Of a DNA stretch of 64,000 bases, positions 59,347 to 64,000 are shown piece after piece (position 1 is the stretch's first letter; each line of letters starts with the position of its first letter). Both the position numbers and the translations under genes were made by a program. The stretch comes from the human T2T-CHM13v2.0 reference genome, Homo sapiens, in NCBI RefSeq assembly GCF_009914755.1, contig NC_060927.1, one strand, 5' to 3'. Under the pieces are notes generated by a model, which had not been told where the DNA came from, ran no database searches, and saw nothing but the letters and a program-made list of their open reading frames with translations.

Positions 59347-59374
59347 AGTAATTCTAGATTTTCTGATAGCCATG

Positions 59375-59937
59375 TGTGGTGGTTAATTTTATGTGTCAAC
59401 TTGGCTGGGTTAAGGGATAACCAGAAAGCTGCTGAAACATTATTTCTGGGAATGTCTGTGAGAGTGTTTCCAGAAGAGATTAGCAGTTGAATCAGTAGAC
59501 TGAGTAAAAAGGATACATCCTCACCAACGTAGGCAGGCATCACCAATTCACTGAGGGCCCAGAGAGAACAAAAGAGGCAAAGGAAGAATTCACTCTCTCT
59601 TCTGGGGCTGGGACATCCACCTTCTCCTGCCCTCAGACATCAGAACTCCAGGCTAAGAGGCCTTCAGATACTGGAACTTACACCAGCAGCCCCCCAGTTT
59701 CTTAGGCCTTTGGCCTCAGATTGAGAGTTGCACTATCAACTCTCCTGCTTCCCGGGCCTTCAGATTTGGACCGAATTACCCCACCAGCTTCCCTGGTGCT
59801 TCAGCTTGCAGATGGCATGTCATGAGACTTCTTAGCCCCCATAATCATGTGAGACAATTCAAAAAATAAATCCTCCAATATATCTATATCTATCTATCGA
59901 TCCTACTGATTCTATTTCTCTGGAAAACCTTTATATA
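59375..59937 (+). mobile_element. MLT2 (ERVL) solo LTR, MLT2B-like
   Basis: tgtggtggttaattttatgtgtcaacttggctggg...gtgtttccagaagagattagc...; 5-bp TSD ccatg at 59370-59374 / 59938-59942. Confidence 0.9.
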
Positions 59938-61821
59938 CCATGTTAAATTTTTAAGTAAAAAAAGTATTAATTTTAACAATATTTTCTTTAACCCAATATA
60001 TAAATTATGATTTTGACATGCAATTAAATAAAATTAATGATTTTTTTTTATTTTGTGCTAGCTCTTAGAAATCCTGTATTTATTGTACACTTATCACACA
60101 TCTTAATTTAGACTGGCCACATTTCAAACACTCAATAGCCACATGCGACCAGAGGCTGTGGTATTGGACAGCTTTAGACTGAAGTTAGACTTCATTCCAT
60201 GAACAATGGAGAGCCATGATGGATTTTTCCCAGAGGAGTGAAATGCACAGCAAGCCAGTTTAAGGAGCATTCATCTGGCCTTGGGCTCCGGGCAGAGCTG
60301 TTCTGCCTCAGTGGTCCAGTCACTAGACCGAGAGACAGCAGCTCTATTTTCTGTCTCCCTGGCACCTACACAGGGTCTGACAGAGAGTCCTTGGTAATTT
60401 GATTGGATGAAACAATCAATCAACAAATCAGCAGGCACTGCCTGGATCTGTAAGGCAAGTTAAAGTGAAGGGTCAAGATAAGTCTGAAGGTCGGAGCCTG
60501 GGATAGAGGAAGAAAGACAGGGCAGGAGGATGAGAAATAAACAGGCTGAATGAGGAACTGAGAGTAGAGGGCTGGATGACTTTCAATTTAGACCTGTAGT
60601 GCTAAACATGGCAGGTGGCCACTGAGACTTAATGACTGGTTTAGGGAGAATGCAGAACTGGAGCTCAGAAGATGCAAGTCACTCAGCAATCTCCGGGTAG
60701 CTTGGAGGCACCAGGCATGCTCTGAGCCACAGAGAATGAAGCTGACATAGTGAAGAAATGAGATGACAGTGGTTTAAATGGATGTGACAGCTAGAGAAAA
60801 AAAATTCAAATTTACATGGACACTCCAGGTCTCAGACACTTGGACTGGCTGGGAGGGTGCAGCTGGAGATGGGGAAGACCATTTGGAGAAGCTGTGAGGA
60901 GCCAGGCTTTAAATGGCCCCATATTTGCTGAAGCAGGCAGGGCATCCTCGACCAGCAGAGCCCTGGTCAAAGAGTCTGCACTTCATTATCCAATTGCATT
61001 CTCGGGGGATCTGAGGGTGCGACTGCTCTGCAAAAGCAGCTGCTTTCACTTTAAACAGTTTTAGCTCAAAGCCTGAGGCATACAAGTTCTCTGTGTGACA
61101 CTGTTAATGAAGAAGAAAGTCTCCCAGGAGCTCAAGAAAATAAAAATAATGAAAATAAAAGGCTTTGACACTCATCCAAAAAAAGCTTTGCTCCTCAATA
61201 TTTGCAACATCTATGAGAAAAAGTGTCAAGGACAGGAAAGGTCAGGGTAATGAGTGAAAGGAGCACACATTCCAGGATTTGAGCATGCTCAGAGAACCAC
61301 CCATGACAGGCACCATGGCCTTCCAACCCAAACTAACAATTTCCTAAATTATGCAGCCCAGTTGCTCATGCTAACTCCAGAAATCCTCCTTGGGGAAAAG
61401 CAGAAGTAAACTGCATATTGCTGACTAAGAGATAAAAGGTGCACATTGTCATGATCACAAAGATGGACCTCAAAGAAGTTCTGTGGGCATTCTCTCCTTC
61501 GAGTCTCATAAGAACACCTTAAATCACACAGGTTAAACATCACTAACCAGATTGGACAGATGAGAAAATTGAGGCTCAGAGGGAGTTAAATAACTTGCTC
61601 AATATATTTGTTCTGCTGCAAGTGAAGTAAACCAAGCCCCCAAAAAGAAGAAATAGATTAACAGGCATAATCAGGAAGGGAAGGGAAAACTGGGCTTAAG
61701 AGCAACTGAACCCAGGGATTCTACCACCATCAGGACTCCCTCATTCTCTGCCTCTTGTTTCTGCTTTTCTGGCTTTGTTATCTCAGGCCAGCTGCCTCAG
61801 AAGCTCCAAGCCAAAACCCTT

Positions 61822-62170
61822 TGTATTAGTCTGTTTTCACATGGCTATAAAGAAATACCCTAGACTGGGTAATTTATAAAGAAAAAAGGTTTAATTGATT
61901 TGCAATTCTGCATGGCTAGGGAGGCCTCAGGAAACTTAAAACCATGGTAGAAGGGGAAGCAGGCACCTCTTACATGGTGGCAGGTGAGAGAGAGAAGCCC
62001 AGGGGAAACTGCCATTTATTAAACCATCAGATCTCCTGAGAACTCACTCACTAGCATGAGAACATCATGGGGGAAACTGCCCCCATAATCCAATCACCTC
62101 CCTCCCTTGACATGTGGGGATTACAATTTAAGATGAGATTTGGGTGAAGACACAGAACCAAACCCTATCA
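61822..62170 (-). mobile_element. THE1D/MST-like MaLR solo LTR
   Basis: tgtattagtctgttttcac...gaggcctcaggaaactta...gatgagatttgggtg...tatca; 5-bp TSD ccctt at 61817-61821 / 62171-62175. Confidence 0.92.
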
Positions 62171-62444
62171 CCCTTATAGCCTCACAAATAACAAGAAAAG
62201 AAAGTCTTTCTGCCAGCTCCAAGTAGCAGAACCTTGGAGAGCATTCTAGTTGACCAGACTGGACCACCACTGTGGCTATAGGCATGGGAAACTATCACTG
62301 GCCCTGGATGTGTTTCTAGACCAAGTAAGGGGGATGGGGACCAGGCAACCAAAAACAGTAGCCTCTATAGTCACTGTTAGGAAGGCCACAACAAACAGAC
62401 CAGGAGGCAGACCTTCCAACCTGGACCTCATCCATTGTTACTGA

Positions 62445-63930
62445 CTCAATGAGTGCATGTATATTGCAGTAGATACCTAGCAAGGACCAAAACAGATGTG
62501 GTCCCTGCCCTTATGTCACAAAATCTAATGAGAGAGGCAGAAGATAAACAGGTAAAGAGACAGAACAGTAACTGCTAATTGTAACAAGTGCCATGAAGGA
62601 AGGCAACAGGGTGAAGTGAAAAAATTAGGCAGCTGTTCAAATGAGATGTTTAGAAAAGCTCAGAAGAGGGGCCATTTGAGTTGTGATCTAAGACTTAAAA
62701 GAAGCCAGCCAAAGAGAGTGAGGGGAAAACTGTTCCAGCCTCAGTGAAGGAGCTCTGTGTGCAGAGGCCTTGAAACAGGAAAGACCCTGGCCCCACGCTG
62801 GGAAATAAATAGAAAAACAGGATGCAACATACCTGTGAGAGGAGAGTGGAAAGATCTGCACCTGGGGAGCAGGCAAGATCCAATCACATAGTGCATGGCA
62901 TGCCTCGGAAAGGAGTTGATATTTTACTCTAAGGCAATGCAAAGCCACTTGAAGATCTTTAAGCCTCAGAGTACAATGAAATTATTTGTACTTTTAAAAA
63001 TTTATATGTGAAGAATAATTTGGAGGGGAGCAAGGGTGGAAAGAGAGGGACTGGATAAGAGGCTGTGATTGCTGTAATCCAGCAAGAGTTGATGTGGCTG
63101 AAACTACAGTAGTGGCTGTGGAAGTGGAAAGACTGAGAAGATGAGAAGTACACTTAGCAGGAGCAAAGAGACAGGGCTTGTAGAATCAGATGCTTGGTTT
63201 GAGGGAGAAAAAAGAATAAGAGAGGACTCTCTGTACTGAGCAGGTGGCTGAATGGTGAGGTCATTTCCTGAGAGAGAGAAAACTGAAGTTAAACAGTTTG
63301 AATAGGGAAGAGATGGAGATCTCAGCCTGCGATAACTAATTTTGAGTTGAATGTGAGATATGAAAGTGGTGAGGAGGCATTTACATATTTAAGTTTGGAG
63401 TTCATCCGAAACTTGAGCTGGAGATGGAAATTTAGAAGATATCAAAATATAAATGATAATCAAAGCTGAAGGCATCAATGAGATTACTTATGGAGTGACT
63501 ATGGAGAGAAATAAGAGTAAGACCTAAGACTGAATTATAAGAAACTGCAAAACATAAAGGTAAAAGAGGAGATCCAATAGAAGAGACTGAAGATGATCAA
63601 AGAGATAGGAGGGAAAGTGAGAATGATTCCATGGAGATCAAAGAGGAGCGTGTCTCACTGAAGAGGAAATAGCTGTGTCAAAGTTTCTGAGAGGTCAAGA
63701 ACAACGAGAACAGAAGAGCGCCATTGAACTTGTCAACACAGAGGTCCTTGAGAGCAGTTTTGATGGAGGATAGGAATGACACCCAGACAGAAGTGGGTTG
63801 GAGAAGGAGCGAGGAGTGTAGAGAATAAAGACAGCATGTGACACGCCCTTCCCAGTTTTGTGAGAGAAGTGAGAAGTGAAATGGTAGTTGGAAAAAGATT
63901 GGGGATTGAGAAAATTTTGTAAAGAACTAG
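62445..63930 (-). mobile_element. Long antisense L2 LINE fragment
   Basis: acagatgtggtccctgccctta; aaggagttgatattttactctaaggcaatg; tttggagttca; aaatgataatcaaagc; gaggtccttgagagcagttt. Confidence 0.82.
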
Positions 63931-64000
63931 AGGTAGTTACAAAGAAGCCGTTACTGTGTCTGCTATATAAATTGGATGACTGTTAAACAGTTCTCAGTTA

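Overview
Primate genomic DNA, probably human or another ape (AluY copies and an L1PA2/PA3-type 3' fragment are present). The window is intergenic or intronic. I can support no host protein-coding exon, RNA gene or CRISPR array, and the ORF track is transposon remnants or chance frames. Bases 1 to ~37,000 are a deeply nested LINE-1 cluster: an L1MD-like element is split by a full-length L1MC1, which holds a full-length antisense L1PB2, which holds an AluS, which holds a full-length L1PA7. LTRs, a piggyBac MER75 and many Alus are also nested there, several with readable target-site duplications (TSDs). Bases ~37,000-64,000 mix ancient L2/MIR/DNA-transposon fossils, LTRs, Alus and short unique stretches. 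The most striking unexplained structure is a 770-bp, ~99.5% identical inverted duplication (771-1542 / 3037-3806) of a heavily decayed L1. It sits at the 5' junction of a twin-primed L1PB1 insertion that appears to carry a 1.3-kb 3' transduction. Several smaller snap-back or iterative templated-insertion scars occur nearby. Repeat subfamily names come from recalled consensus motifs read by eye and need RepeatMasker/Dfam confirmation.
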